From the NCBI GenBank assembly GCA_973895155.1, contig OZ316891.1:19431048-19495047 (forward strand): a stretch of 64,000 bases of DNA. The letters run 5' to 3'. The translations under genes and the position numbers were made by a program. Below, piece after piece: positions 62,670 through 64,000 of this stretch. The notes below the pieces were generated by a model. It had not been told where the DNA came from. It saw only the letters and a program-made list of their open reading frames with translations, and did not search any database. The DNA is from Marsupella aquatica (lineage: Eukaryota > Plantae > Marchantiophyta). Each line of letters begins with the position of its first letter. Within the stretch, counting starts at the first letter, position 1.

Positions 62670-63125
62670 AAAAGATGTTGAGGTGAGATAAGATGTCTAT
62701 ATGAGGAAAAGATATCGAGGTGAAAAAAATGAGGAAAAAGATGCAGATGAGGAAAAGAAAAAAAAATGAGAAAAAGAAGTTGAGGTGAGAAAAAAATGTT
62801 GAGGAGAGAAAAGATGGCGAGGTGACAAAGAGACTTAAAGATAAAGGAAAGACCTCAAGCAGAGAAAAAATGTCAAGGGTGAGGAAAATATGTGAAGGTG
62901 AGAAAAAGCTTGCAAGATTTAGAAAAAAAAAACAAGATGTTGAAATGAGGGAAAGATGTCAAGTCAAGTGAGAAAAGATCTCAAGGAAAGAAAAGATGTC
63001 GAGGGGTGAGAAAAAATGTTGTGGTGAGATAAAGATGTCAATATGAAAAAATATATCAAGGCAAGATAAAGATGTTGAAAATAAATAAATATATCAAGAT
63101 TAGAAAAATATGTCAAGGCAAGGCA
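62670..63125. repeat. Degenerate purine-rich minisatellite (about 22-bp unit AAAAGATGTTGAGGTGAGAAA)
   Basis: About 450 bp strongly A/G-biased, with recurring AAAGATGT(T/C)(G/A)AGG(T/A)GAG. Confidence 0.75.
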
Positions 63126-64000
63126 AAAACAAATACGCTTTGCGATGTGGTGGTGAGATATGTTATGTGTGATCTTGAATGACTATATAGTTGTTGTGGT
63201 CATGTTCAATAACCCCACATAAAAATTAGAGACCCCAGATAGTGGCCACCACATCATAGAGTTTAATTGTGTTTCTATGAGGCAGTTGTGGGCAGGCTAA
63301 AAGGCAAACATTTATTCTAAATGAGGTTCATGGATAAATATGACTAAATCCAAAAATAAAAATTAGATGAAGGATCAAGATTGGTTCCCACTTTTCCATC
63401 AGTTTATTTTGGCCTCAAATAATTAATTTTTAGCTTTTTGAAAAAACAAAACTACTTATGTTCACACTCAATCAAATATATATATATATATATTCACAAT
63501 TTCATACGCCCATTTTAGTTTATTTCATATTCCTAATTCTACATCTATTTCCTTCTAAATACGTAGGCTTTTAACATGTAATGATTGAGACCTATATTAA
63601 ATATATGCGTATACCAAAACGTTTTGGTGTACTTAATTTCTTGGGGGTCTCATTATATGAAGGCCTCCCCATCACCTACGACATTTTCAGGCTCTGACCC
63701 CCTAAAATGTAAGAAATTTTTTATTTTTTTTCAACCCCTATAAAGCTGGAATATTCCAAAATTTGGTTAGAAGTACCCTAATGTTCTTATAAGTCTCAAA
63801 ATTGGATTTAAAAGACCTTATTGTTCTTCTGAGAAAATTCTTAAGTCTTCTCTTTGAACAAGTAAAATGGCCATATCCTTCGTCGCATGTGATGTGCCAT
63901 TTTTGTGGAAGTGAAACCCCCGAGCGTAATACGTACCCTAAGGTCCTATTTGCTTGGGTGGACACTTAGTTCTAGTTGATCAAATGCTAGAATTAAACCT

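Noticed and set aside
62670-63125. Purine-rich tract as a possible K/E-rich coding exon or telomeric repeat
   Set aside because: Frequent stops and indels, and no TTTAGGG-type unit.

Overview
This is eukaryotic nuclear DNA from a land plant. The evidence is GT-AG spliced plant gene families, an intron-containing plant tRNA-Met and plant-type L1 and LTR relics; a non-seed plant such as a bryophyte is my inference and is not certain. Supported host genes: a 4-exon GH3 acyl-acid amido synthetase (3998-7843 +), tRNA-Met(CAT) with an 11-nt intron (9118-9202), a 2-exon DUF247 gene with a very long insert (15377-19048 -), an intronless orphan ORF (26170-26805 -), a MATH-only BPM derivative (43918-46176 +), an intronless DHQ dehydratase/shikimate dehydrogenase (54140-55687 +), and a repeat-rich, zinc-finger-bearing, probably decayed gene (about 56000-62252 -). 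Mobile DNA: a spliced, pseudogenised Crypton-like tyrosine recombinase (about 28941-30869 -), two related solo LTRs with perfect 5-bp TSDs, a 5'-inverted (twin-primed) L1 with a 16-bp TSD, MITE/foldback relics and several tandem repeats. The strongest leads are (1) the Crypton-like tyrosine-recombinase element in a plant, with a flanking hairpin, a 21-bp direct repeat and a neighbouring orphan gene, and (2) the intronless, transit-peptide-less DQD/SDH carrying the Ser-to-Gly 'HSKGP' change linked to quinate or gallate activity. All calls come from reading the sequence by eye; no database searches were run.
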